Shown: positions 1-9,045 of the stretch, in pieces
Numbering within the stretch: position 1 is the first letter of the stretch
Layout of the letters: every line of letters begins with the position of its first letter
Program-made: the position numbers and the translations under genes
DNA from: a virus
Length of the DNA: 64,000 nucleotides
Reading direction: 5' to 3' (one strand)
IMG/VR virus record: IMGVR_UViG_3300031656_000001
The notes under the pieces: model-generated
The model's database searches: none
What the model was told of the DNA's origin: nothing
The model's input: the letters and a program-made list of their open reading frames with translations, nothing else

Positions 1-1241
1 GCATATGTTCCTGTAAGTTTCATTGTTTTACCTTTATATATGAAAACAATACCTTCAGTTGGTATAATAGATTCAATACCTCCGATTCGTTCAAGTCTTT
101 CAAGTTCTGAAACAACTTTCTCTATTTGTTTAATATCTCCACCCTTTTTAACCTTGTCAGCCTCTGTTCTAATTTGAGTATGTAACCTTTGCATTTCATC
201 ACTTGGATTTGCAGCAACAAAGTTACTTACATTTTTAAGAATAACACTTCCAAGTTCTAAGAATAAATCCTCGAAAGGTCTAATGTTTTCTTTGTATTTC
301 TTTTTAACATCTTCCTTGTCAAATTTCTTAATGGCTGCTGCTTTATCTTTTCCAAGATCTTTATCAAGAGATCTTAAATTAAGCGTCTTTTTATCACCAT
401 ATGCCCATCTTAATAATAGACCTTCTTTTTGATCTTGCGATATATCTGGGAAATTAGATTCTATTTGATCTCTCCACCACATTTCGTGATATCTAGAAAC
501 TTCATCAGCATCTGTTAATTTATATACAGCTTTTAAGTCTTCTACTTTTTTGATGAATTTATCTTTGTTCTTTTCAAAATCAATATCCTTTCCTATCTTA
601 ACGATTTGGGGTGGAATTACAGTAAATGTATTACCAACATCTGCCTTAACTTTTTGTAGAGCTTTAGCAATTGAAGATGCATATTTGTTATCGTCACCGA
701 TTATATTACCTTCACCGTCAGTGTGCTTAATTCCATGAAATTGGATTATATCGCGATCATAGTAAATTACATTAGGGTTCTTAGAGTAAATCAATTCCAT
801 ATTCATGAAACTCTTACCGTTGTTAAACACTTCTAAATCTTTACTTGGTAATTTTATCAATGCTTGTGCTAAATCTTCAGCAGCAAATTGAAATGTATCT
901 TGTACTAATGGACTAGGATGTCCTTCAAACTTCTGTTTAAAATCTGCTAACGACATTGGAGATTTCATATCACCTTTGTTTCTTGCAAATTTAGCTTCTC
1001 CGTCTTGTACTGTAGCGAATACATTTTGACCATCCGTTTTTTCTGTAGGCTCTTCATCGAATGTTAAATTACCAGAAAGTCCTGCACTTATGATCTCTTT
1101 AAAGTCTCCAAATGTTAAATCTCTTTCATCGAAAGGATGCGACATGTGTCCTGCTGCACCGCCTTCAACAATTAAGTCGTCTAATATAGATACGTTTACT
1201 TTTTCAACTAGAAATTGTTGATATGATAGAAATTGTTTCAT
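1..1241 (-). CDS. Partial (runs off left edge) RNA/DNA-ligase-like covalent nucleotidyltransferase-fold protein with N-terminal capsid-targeting-like tag
   Basis: Absent from the ORF track because it is truncated. Manual translation from ATG 1241 gives MKQFLSYQQFLVEKVNVSILDDLIVEGGAAGHMSHPF...EKTDGQN...MNMELIY...TEGIVFIYKGKTMKLTGTY. KxDG (motif I), EGxV (motif IV) and a KLTG motif-V-like element are present. Confidence 0.65.
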   Translation of the reverse strand, partial: MKQFLSYQQFLVEKVNVSILDDLIVEGGAAGHMSHPFDERDLTFGDFKEIISAGLSGNLTFDEEPTEKTDGQNVFATVQDGEAKFARNKGDMKSPMSLADFKQKFEGHPSPLVQDTFQFAAEDLAQALIKLPSKDLEVFNNGKSFMNMELIYSKNPNVIYYDRDIIQFHGIKHTDGEGNIIGDDNKYASSIAKALQKVKADVGNTFTVIPPQIVKIGKDIDFEKNKDKFIKKVEDLKAVYKLTDADEVSRYHEMWWRDQIESNFPDISQDQKEGLLLRWAYGDKKTLNLRSLDKDLGKDKAAAIKKFDKEDVKKKYKENIRPFEDLFLELGSVILKNVSNFVAANPSDEMQRLHTQIRTEADKVKKGGDIKQIEKVVSELERLERIGGIESIIPTEGIVFIYKGKTMKLTGTY

Positions 1242-1260
1242 TGTTTTGAGTTTTATTATT

Positions 1261-2847
1261 TTAACCTAATGAGTTTGTTAAGATTCCAACTGCTGTTCCG
1301 TAATCTCCATCAGATTTAGCTAAAATGCCATCAATTACCTTTTGTGCCTTTGCTTCGTCAAATTCTTCACCGAATGCTTTTTTCAATACAGTAGTTGCAT
1401 ATTCTTGAAAGTCTTCAATTGAAGAAACTTCAGCTTCAGTAATTTCTGCTTCCGATAATGAATTTCTTAAACCACAGTGTTCACATTCTACTGTTCCGTC
1501 TTTGTCTATTTCTTTATATGAATGTCCTTTTTTATTTGAACACTTAATATCTTCATTGACTTTAGATTCTTCGATGTATTCTGCCAAGTCAGCGTCATCC
1601 CATCCATATTCGTCATCTGCGAGTACTGCTGTTATATCTTTTCTTTTTCCTGTAAGTTCAACTTCTGGATGACCAGATGGTCCGTTCATATCCAATATTT
1701 CCATTGTAACTTTATTCTTCTTTAGTAATTTTGCAAGTCCTTTAGATTTAGGATCAATTGCATCCATTACTGCAGTTGCTTCGCATATATTTTCATTACC
1801 TTCAAATGCCATATTAAATGCATTTAATAATGATTGACCTGCTGCTTCTTCTTTCATGCTCTCTAAATAAAGTGCTGTACCTTCTACAATACTAATACCT
1901 GCCCAACTTGCTGCATTTGCAAGATCTGAATAATATTGATCTAATACTCTCTTAGTTGTTGTTGCACCAATCTTAACGAAATAATTACCTAAGCCTGACA
2001 TTTTAATTTCAAAGCTTTTAATTGATCCTTTAATGTTTTTAGAAATCTTGAAACCTTCTCTTGAAAAGTTTGCGTCTTCCATTGCCATTTCAAATAAGTA
2101 TTTAATACAACCTAATTTACCTTCTTTAGACATTGCACCTAAATCAGTTAATTTCTTAGCGAATAAATTATTATAAACAGTAGCTACTTTTTTAGCGTCT
2201 CTTTTATATTCTACTTTAATTGCTTCATTTACTGAAGCTGAAAGTGATTCGAATGCAGGATATACGTCATCGTGACCTTTACCGTAAAGATCTGCCATTA
2301 ACCATTCTTTATTACCTTCATCCCATAAATAAACAAATTCTGCTCCACCTTTATCATTTGCATCTCTTAGATATTTAGAAATATTAGATATGCTTCCTGT
2401 AGATGGTTTACTATTATCTCCATAGAAATTCATTTTATTCATAGCATCTAAACCAGAACTATCTCCTCTTTTAATTACATCGTCAACGTTTTTACCGTTT
2501 TTGTAATCTTTTTGAAGAAGTGGTAAAATGTTTTCTGGATATGAATCATAATGAGTATAAACTGAAGTGATATTACCTTTTTTGTCAATTTTACCAAACT
2601 GACCTCTTGTACCTTCTTCAATAAGTGAAAGTGCTTCATTAACTTCTGAATCCCTTAGCTTGATGAAAAAATCAGATCTTTGATCTTCTGTTAATTCTTT
2701 TACAGATGTAACTTTGAATTCAGATAATAAATTCTTGTAAGTTTCTGCTTCGTTTGATCTTTTTGTAGAAGCGTCTTCTTCTACTGTTCTAGCATTTGAA
2801 ATCTTTGCCTCTGTGGCATATTGTTCAAAAGATTTTAATTTTTGCAT
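1261..2847 (-). CDS. Putative internal head (poly)protein with capsid-targeting-like tag
   Basis: Likely start is ATG 2847 (MQKLKSFEQYATE), downstream of GATATATAA at 2885-2893. Contains multiple VNE/IEE/ITE junctions and a TRGQFG...SVYTHYDSYP phage-type domain. Confidence 0.6.
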   Translation of the reverse strand: MQKLKSFEQYATEAKISNARTVEEDASTKRSNEAETYKNLLSEFKVTSVKELTEDQRSDFFIKLRDSEVNEALSLIEEGTRGQFGKIDKKGNITSVYTHYDSYPENILPLLQKDYKNGKNVDDVIKRGDSSGLDAMNKMNFYGDNSKPSTGSISNISKYLRDANDKGGAEFVYLWDEGNKEWLMADLYGKGHDDVYPAFESLSASVNEAIKVEYKRDAKKVATVYNNLFAKKLTDLGAMSKEGKLGCIKYLFEMAMEDANFSREGFKISKNIKGSIKSFEIKMSGLGNYFVKIGATTTKRVLDQYYSDLANAASWAGISIVEGTALYLESMKEEAAGQSLLNAFNMAFEGNENICEATAVMDAIDPKSKGLAKLLKKNKVTMEILDMNGPSGHPEVELTGKRKDITAVLADDEYGWDDADLAEYIEESKVNEDIKCSNKKGHSYKEIDKDGTVECEHCGLRNSLSEAEITEAEVSSIEDFQEYATTVLKKAFGEEFDEAKAQKVIDGILAKSDGDYGTAVGILTNSLG

Positions 2848-2884
2848 AATATTATTTTTATTTTTGTATGTAGTTATTATTTTA

Positions 2885-4393
2885 TTATATATCTCCTTCA
2901 AAATCCACATTTTTTATATCGTACTGGAACTTCTGTTCCCTGTAGATTCGTTGTCTTTCTTTAGAATGTCTCATTAGATAATTATCCCAATCAGGTGAGC
3001 TTAGATCATCTACGAAATCAATGATGTTTACAAAGTCTTTTGATGAGTGTTGTCTTAATCCACGACCAATTGATTGTCTAATTACAACTTCTGATTTAAA
3101 TGATTCTGTAAAGAATATGTTGTGTATTTTGTTAATAGAAATACCTGTTGAGAAAGTTCCATAAGATGCAACAATAACAACCTCTTCACCTGCTTCCATT
3201 TTCTTTTTGTGTTCTTCTCTAACATCTTTGTCAATTCCACCATCAACATAATATACAGTCTTATTACTTTCTTGACGTAACTTTTCGTATATCTTTTTAC
3301 CATGTTCAATTCGATGGAATAAAACTAAACCATTACCTTTTACTTTAGAAATGATATTAGTTATGAAATTAAGACGTCCTGGTGAGTTAATCACATAGTT
3401 TTGCTCAAACTTATATACATCTTTTGATTCATATCTATTCTGTGACATTTCTCTGAACGCATCCTTAGTTGACTGTGGTGCATAATCCATTTTTATAACC
3501 TTTACTTTACAATGAGCAATATACCCTTCATTTTGTAAATAGTTTGCACTGATCTCTGTAATCAAAGGGCCAGTATATGCCATTAATGTCAGTCTGTCTA
3601 ATGTACCTTCTTTTGGTATTGTACCTGACAATCCAAATTTGTAATCAGCGTTAAGACATTTTTGTAAGATTGTTTTAATTGAAGCAGATTTTGCTTTATG
3701 TGTCTCATCTACAATAACTGCATCGAATTCTGCAAAGTATGCTTTATCCTTTTTGACAAGTGATTGATATGTACCAATAATAACGTTTCTACCTGGTCTT
3801 AATTTTTGGCCACTATAAATTTGTTGTACTTTAATATCTATAGCATTTCTATAATTATAATCTAAGAAATCTTCACTGGCTTGTAATACCAATGAAACAT
3901 TAGGTACTATAAAAAGTATTTTCTTTGCTTTTTCGTGTTCTAATAAGTATGCTACGGTTAGGAATGATATAAGTGTTTTACCGGCAGAAGTCGCCAATTC
4001 ACTTAAACATCTTTTGAATTTTAATATATTGAAGGCTGCTTCTAATTGATAATCTCTCGGTTTGATTTCCGATTTATCAAAGAATGCTAAAGCCCATTCG
4101 TTAAATCTTTCTTGATTAATACCAGTATCAAATATCTCTGCAATACCATTAAGTTTAAACTCAAACTTATAGTCCTTGCATATACCCATGACTTCTCTCC
4201 ATAAACCAGCAGGAATCCACTTATCATCTTTAATATATGATACGTATCCATCCCATAGTCCCTTTTTAACCAGAGGGTTAAATCGCCATGACTCAATTCT
4301 TTTATTCAAAGATATATTGAGTTGTTCTAATTCTAGTTCAGTTGCGTCGTCAATACGAAGCAGCTGCTTGTTTTCAGTTAAACTAAGCTCCAC
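2885..4393 (-). CDS. uvsW: UvsW-like SF2 DNA helicase
   Basis: PRDYQ, LATSAGKT (Walker A), DETH, GLSGT and QSIGRGLR motifs; ~500 aa; adjacent to a UvsY-like gene as in T4. Confidence 0.93.
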   Translation of the reverse strand: MELSLTENKQLLRIDDATELELEQLNISLNKRIESWRFNPLVKKGLWDGYVSYIKDDKWIPAGLWREVMGICKDYKFEFKLNGIAEIFDTGINQERFNEWALAFFDKSEIKPRDYQLEAAFNILKFKRCLSELATSAGKTLISFLTVAYLLEHEKAKKILFIVPNVSLVLQASEDFLDYNYRNAIDIKVQQIYSGQKLRPGRNVIIGTYQSLVKKDKAYFAEFDAVIVDETHKAKSASIKTILQKCLNADYKFGLSGTIPKEGTLDRLTLMAYTGPLITEISANYLQNEGYIAHCKVKVIKMDYAPQSTKDAFREMSQNRYESKDVYKFEQNYVINSPGRLNFITNIISKVKGNGLVLFHRIEHGKKIYEKLRQESNKTVYYVDGGIDKDVREEHKKKMEAGEEVVIVASYGTFSTGISINKIHNIFFTESFKSEVVIRQSIGRGLRQHSSKDFVNIIDFVDDLSSPDWDNYLMRHSKERQRIYREQKFQYDIKNVDFEGDI

Positions 4394-4418
4394 ATTGTAA
4401 GAGCATTTTTATTTATCG

Positions 4419-4841
4419 TTATAGATCCTTCAATGAAAGTCTATTGCGAATGGCAAATCCCATATTATCTAGGGTTTTTACCGAGTCTCTAAAAAATTCT
4501 ACTTGATTTTCTAAATGAGACAATATCATGTTTTCAGTGGCTAAGTCAGTTTCAATAAACTTTTCTTTCTGCTTTTCACCAAGCTTGTAATCGTACTCGT
4601 AATATCTGATATATGCTTCTCTATATCTAATGGCTATTTTAGCCTTTTGTTCCTTAACTTTCATATTTATATATGACATCTGTTCGACAAGCGATTGTCT
4701 AGACGAAAGCACTTCAGCAATGGTTACCTCTAATTCGTTTATGTTTCTTAAACTTTGAGCTAATCCTTTGATAATTCTAGTCCATTCGGTTCTTTGACCG
4801 CTCAGCTTCCTATCTAATGCTAATATGTTTTCTTTGCTCAT
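4419..4841 (-). CDS. uvsY: UvsY-like recombination mediator
   Basis: 140 aa helical protein with C-terminal VKTLDNMGFAIRN similar to UvsY; directly upstream of uvsW. Confidence 0.7.
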   Translation of the reverse strand: MSKENILALDRKLSGQRTEWTRIIKGLAQSLRNINELEVTIAEVLSSRQSLVEQMSYINMKVKEQKAKIAIRYREAYIRYYEYDYKLGEKQKEKFIETDLATENMILSHLENQVEFFRDSVKTLDNMGFAIRNRLSLKDL

Positions 4842-4842
4842 A

Positions 4843-5064
4843 TTAAAATAATGATTTCTTGTTGGGGTTAGGTTTTATAAATGTTGAAGTAATATGCCTC
4901 TTCTTAAATTTAGGTTTTGGAAATGCAATTTCTGGGGCATTGACGCTAAGATCTAATGACTGAAAATCTATCATGAGTTTCATGCCTTTAAATCTGTCAC
5001 TGTCCTTTTGAAATTCATCAAAACTGTCTTCAACCATGTTGTTAATATCTATTAAACGTACCAT
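4843..5064 (-). CDS. Hypothetical protein (73 aa)
   Basis: Fills the gap between primase and uvsY on the same strand; ends in KKSLF. Confidence 0.6.
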   Translation of the reverse strand: MVRLIDINNMVEDSFDEFQKDSDRFKGMKLMIDFQSLDLSVNAPEIAFPKPKFKKRHITSTFIKPNPNKKSLF

Positions 5065-6128
5065 AAATCTAATTGACTTGAAGTGAAATATTGATCGATC
5101 TTTTTATGAGCATCGATTTTAAGCTCAAAGCATTTCTTCATTAAGTCGTTTAGATCTTTAATATTATATATATCTAACTTACTGTCCTTAAGGAATTTAG
5201 CCCACATGAATACAGGTCTGCCTTTTTTAAGCTTCTCTGCCATTTTCTTTTTACCAGTTATATCATTGTCAAACATATATCTGACAGTTGGTATTTCATC
5301 AAAATCATCAGTTGATCTTCCGGCAGTTGCAAGCGCTAATGAATTATTCATGAACTTTGCATCTAATGGTCCTTCAAATAATGTAACAGGCCGTTGGAAA
5401 TTTAATTGCATAATACCAAACAATGTTGAAATCTTCGTAAGAGTATTTAACTCTTCATTAGTCATTTCAAGCGGTGCTCCCATTTCTTCATAGAGTTTAG
5501 GTAAATCATATGTCAAATATCTCTGGCCATATCCTTTCATCCTACGCGTCTGTGCACCTATTATTTTGTTATCTTTACTAAAGTTTAAAATCCACAATCT
5601 GTGTTCTTTTTCTGAATATAAGAAGTCGTCAAGTCTATTGTGTAATAATCTATCTTTCAATTGAAACCATATCCAATCACCTGGAACTATTGATTTTGCT
5701 CTGAATTTTACTTTAAACGTATCAATGTCTATTGCTAATTCATGAACCTTTTCTAGTGCTTGGTGCTTTAATACAGACTCAGGGTTGACTTGTATCTTGT
5801 TTTGCTTTATGTAATCTATGATCAAGAAAGATGCATCAGATGTGTCCATCTTAACATCATGATCTTTTAAAAATGTATAAACATTTGTATGATGACTACA
5901 ATTGTAACAATGATACTGTAGAGTATCCCAGAATATATTGCCTCTTTTCTTAGTGTCATCCGAATAAGAATCACCACAATAAGGACATGCACAGGTTATA
6001 CGCCCATGCATGTCTTTAAGTAGTTTCTTATTAGGTTCAGGATGTACTTGAGATACTACTTGTTTAAGTGCGTATCTTATTTTATCCTTTAACTCTTCAG
6101 TAAGTTCTATATTAGATATCAAGGTCAT
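5052..6128 (-). CDS. DNA primase (T4 gp61-like)
   Basis: Zn finger CPYCGDS...HCYNC; TOPRIM motifs FEGPLDA and FDND; C-terminal KDLND. Confidence 0.92.
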   Translation of the reverse strand: MTLISNIELTEELKDKIRYALKQVVSQVHPEPNKKLLKDMHGRITCACPYCGDSYSDDTKKRGNIFWDTLQYHCYNCSHHTNVYTFLKDHDVKMDTSDASFLIIDYIKQNKIQVNPESVLKHQALEKVHELAIDIDTFKVKFRAKSIVPGDWIWFQLKDRLLHNRLDDFLYSEKEHRLWILNFSKDNKIIGAQTRRMKGYGQRYLTYDLPKLYEEMGAPLEMTNEELNTLTKISTLFGIMQLNFQRPVTLFEGPLDAKFMNNSLALATAGRSTDDFDEIPTVRYMFDNDITGKKKMAEKLKKGRPVFMWAKFLKDSKLDIYNIKDLNDLMKKCFELKIDAHKKIDQYFTSSQLDLWYV

Positions 6129-7020
6129 CTAAAAAAGAATCTAGATCATCATCTGTTGAAACACTTGAAGTTGATTCTGTTTTAGTTGGCGCTGCCTTTT
6201 CTGCAACTGCTGTTGCAGTTTTAGTCTTTTTTCTAGGAGCGCTCGATGTCATTTCACCGATCGAATCACCTGGATTAAGATACATTCTTAATACGTCATT
6301 TACAAATGACCTTGTATCTTCGTCCCATGCTTGGTAATCATATCCTTTCAATGAAGGAGCTGACTCTAATTCTGCTTTAATAGCAGTCATAGTTTCTTTA
6401 TTACGCTCTGCTGGTGCATCGCCCATAATTACCGCTGATTGACTAGCTGAGAATTTAGATGTATCATAGTTGTTATATTCACCTTGTCTAGTGATAACTA
6501 ATTCAAAGTTCTTTCCTTCGAAAAGGTCAAATACTTGAGTTGGTTCACCAAAGTTTGGCTTTAATTCTGCATCGATCTTTTCTTTGATCTTATAACCAAA
6601 TTTGAAGATTTTGTATTGTCCTTCTAAATCTGTGTTTTGTGGATCTTTAATGATCTTTACTAATGCGTAGTATTGTTGACGTCTTTTCAGTTTCTCAGAA
6701 GACTTACGGTCTACTGCTGAATCTGATTTACGTAGTTTCCAAAATACATCTGCGATAGGGCATTTCTCACCAATAGTTGATGGAGAATCTACCAATTTAC
6801 CGTCACCACTAGAATTAGTTAACCAGTGTACGTATTTTTGAATTAGTGAATTACGAGGATTTTCAGGATTTGGTACAAAACGTATTAGTGCTTTGTAAGT
6901 TCCGTCTTTTCCGTCGTCTGCGGATGGTTTGTAGATCTCTTGTGAAGATGTACTTGCTTGGACTTGATGTGTTTCCACGTCTTCGATGCCCAAATTAAAA
7001 ATGTCAAATGATTCGCTCAT
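6112..7020 (-). CDS. Single-stranded DNA-binding protein (T4 gp32-like)
   Basis: ALIRFVP, CPI, IIKDP, FKFGYKI, FDLFEGKNF and NYDTSKF motifs; acidic tail DDDLDSFLDDLDI. Confidence 0.92.
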   Translation of the reverse strand: MSESFDIFNLGIEDVETHQVQASTSSQEIYKPSADDGKDGTYKALIRFVPNPENPRNSLIQKYVHWLTNSSGDGKLVDSPSTIGEKCPIADVFWKLRKSDSAVDRKSSEKLKRRQQYYALVKIIKDPQNTDLEGQYKIFKFGYKIKEKIDAELKPNFGEPTQVFDLFEGKNFELVITRQGEYNNYDTSKFSASQSAVIMGDAPAERNKETMTAIKAELESAPSLKGYDYQAWDEDTRSFVNDVLRMYLNPGDSIGEMTSSAPRKKTKTATAVAEKAAPTKTESTSSVSTDDDLDSFLDDLDI

Positions 7021-7081
7021 ACCTTTAAATTGTTTAGTTTGTTAATTGTTTAATTGTTTACCTTGAAATTATTTTCAATAC

Positions 7082-7108
7082 TTATATATGTAACTTTAGC
7101 AAAGTTTC
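7082..7108 (-). promoter_or_regulatory. GAAAC-N17-TATAA (middle-type) promoter for gp32; family member
   Basis: Same spacing also at 7327-7353, 51743-51769 (TAAAC), 55028-55054, 55269-55295, 56247-56273 and 60574-60600. Confidence 0.72.
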
Positions 7109-7110
7109 AC

Positions 7111-7293
7111 TTATTTATTATCCATGGTTAAAATAGCTCCATTATCTTCTTTCCACTTTCCGTTCTCTGACTTAATCAGTCCAGATTTGTGTAATAACTC
7201 TTCGCGCTCAGTTTGACTAAGCTGGTTATTTCTCACCATTTTTATGAGAACCTTATTAAGGTGGAAGTAATCTATTGTAACTAGTTTTTGCAT
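7111..7293 (-). CDS. Hypothetical protein (60 aa)
   Basis: Has its own promoter motif at 7327-7353. Confidence 0.55.
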   Translation of the reverse strand: MQKLVTIDYFHLNKVLIKMVRNNQLSQTEREELLHKSGLIKSENGKWKEDNGAILTMDNK

Positions 7294-7452
7294 ATTAATA
7301 TTTTAGTTAATCTTGCTAACTACCTATTATATATCACACTTTCTGTTTGTTTCAAAACTAGCCTATTTAATTATTTTTTAATTATTTTTTAGTAATTATG
7401 AAACAGTTTTGCGCCACGTGCATATAATAAATGTCTTAAAGTCAAAGATAGA

Positions 7453-8103
7453 TTAGGCTTGAGGTGTAGATATGTATGCAACTAAGAAATAAGCATCCAC
7501 CAAATCGTCCAATGGTTTTGGGATCTTCTTTTCAACTTCCAAACCTTTAACGTATTTCCACAAAGGGCTTTTAGCCAAGACTGGGTCTTCGTTCACATTT
7601 TGCTGAAAGGCATCAAATAATTGAAGCTTATTCATATTACCTTTACCAGCAAATTTCTTAATAGTGGTTGGAGCAACAGTTAGAATATCTTCTGGATTTA
7701 AAGTTCTTAAAAGTTTAAGTTTGAGGATTGCAGCGCCAGCCGCCATGTCAATCATATTGTTAGTTCCCATTTTAGAACCATAAGAAGTACCTTCAAATGC
7801 TATAGTAAAACCATCACCATCATGAGAGTTCTGTAATACTAAATTAATAATATCATCAGCCATCTTATCATAACGCTTGATCTTTAAAAGTTCTGCACTT
7901 GAGAATGATTCTTTATTTGTAAAATCTGGTTGGCTCACTAAAGTAACATCACTAAATAATGATATCTCTTCTTGAAGTCTCTGTTCTGCTTTAGTACCTG
8001 TTTTGGGTTTTATGTAACTAATAAAATGAAAGTTCTTACTCTTATCATTATATATGCATATTCCAGGGGAATTGAGGGAAAAGTCTACTGCTAAGTAATT
8101 CAT
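7453..8103 (-). CDS. RuvC-like Holliday junction resolvase / RNase H-fold nuclease
   Basis: LAVDFSLNSPGICI, AFEG, PTTIKKFAGKGN and DDLVDAY give the D...E...DxxD catalytic pattern. Confidence 0.8.
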   Translation of the reverse strand: MNYLAVDFSLNSPGICIYNDKSKNFHFISYIKPKTGTKAEQRLQEEISLFSDVTLVSQPDFTNKESFSSAELLKIKRYDKMADDIINLVLQNSHDGDGFTIAFEGTSYGSKMGTNNMIDMAAGAAILKLKLLRTLNPEDILTVAPTTIKKFAGKGNMNKLQLFDAFQQNVNEDPVLAKSPLWKYVKGLEVEKKIPKPLDDLVDAYFLVAYISTPQA

Positions 8104-8472
8104 TTATATTCTTTTACCAAGACTAGCACCTAATGCGGCACCAACAAGTCTTGAGGTTAATAAATCGTAAATAATACCCTTTTGTATACCAAGGACTTTA
8201 GCAACCATCTTACCAACTGATTTACCTAGTGCAAATCCAGTAAGACCACCAATAATAGATCCAAAGAATCCTTCATTAGTTATTTCTTCGTTAAAGCTTT
8301 CGATGTCATATGTACCATCTTCATTCATGTATTGCTCATCAAATAAAGCAAGTGCTTCATCAATTCTAGCTTCTAATTCCGGAGTCCATTCTTCTTGTAG
8401 TCCTTCGTTGATTAGTTCCATATCGTTTTCAGAAATAGATTCTTCGACAATGTATTTGTTAAATGTTTTCAT
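8104..8472 (-). CDS. Tagged acidic pro-region plus glycine-zipper membrane-active peptide (putative internal virion/ejection protein)
   Basis: MKTFNKYIVEE tag; acidic N-terminal half; after ITNE a hydrophobic/cationic GFFGSIIGGLTGFALG...GAALGASLGKRI segment; late motif at 8476-8484. Confidence 0.55.
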   Translation of the reverse strand: MKTFNKYIVEESISENDMELINEGLQEEWTPELEARIDEALALFDEQYMNEDGTYDIESFNEEITNEGFFGSIIGGLTGFALGKSVGKMVAKVLGIQKGIIYDLLTSRLVGAALGASLGKRI

Positions 8473-8491
8473 ATGTTATATATCCTATATT

Positions 8492-9043
8492 TTATTCTAC
8501 TTCTAAACGTAGATTCAATTTATTATAAAAGAACGTAATATCGAATGTGTTAAACGAAGATACGTTTTCTGCAAAGTTTAAACTTAATTCATTTATAGAA
8601 TTCATAATACAATCAGTAAATTCTAAATATGCTACTGATGCACCTTCGGCATCTAGTATTCTTAAAGTTAAAGGTTCAGTATATGCTTGCTTAGTTGATC
8701 TTGCATAATAATATAATAGAGTATCCATCATAATCCAATAATTAATAAAACCATCTAGTAGTTGCATACTAACTGTAAATTCTCTGTTAATTGTATTTTG
8801 AATTGGCATTGCACCTCTATGATGTCTTTTAGTACCATCGTTATCCTCTTGTGTAATTGGATCAAATGAAACACCAGGTATATTAATACCTTGAATACTA
8901 TAATTAACAAAATCAACGGGTTCAGATAATAATCCACCTGGAACCTTATTAAGATATTTCTTATATTTATCGGCTACCTCTTTGGGTACAAATCCTCTAG
9001 GAAATCTAAAATCAAAACCGTTATTTCTACTATTAAGAACCAT
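8492..9043 (-). CDS. Tail tube-fold protein (T4 gp3/gp19-like tail completion)
   Basis: SIQGINIPGVSF resembles the gp3 QSVPIPGI motif; 183 aa; C-terminal beta pattern FTDC...FDITFFY; lies at the end of the tail operon. Confidence 0.6.
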   Translation of the reverse strand: MVLNSRNNGFDFRFPRGFVPKEVADKYKKYLNKVPGGLLSEPVDFVNYSIQGINIPGVSFDPITQEDNDGTKRHHRGAMPIQNTINREFTVSMQLLDGFINYWIMMDTLLYYYARSTKQAYTEPLTLRILDAEGASVAYLEFTDCIMNSINELSLNFAENVSSFNTFDITFFYNKLNLRLEVE

Positions 9044-9045
9044 AT

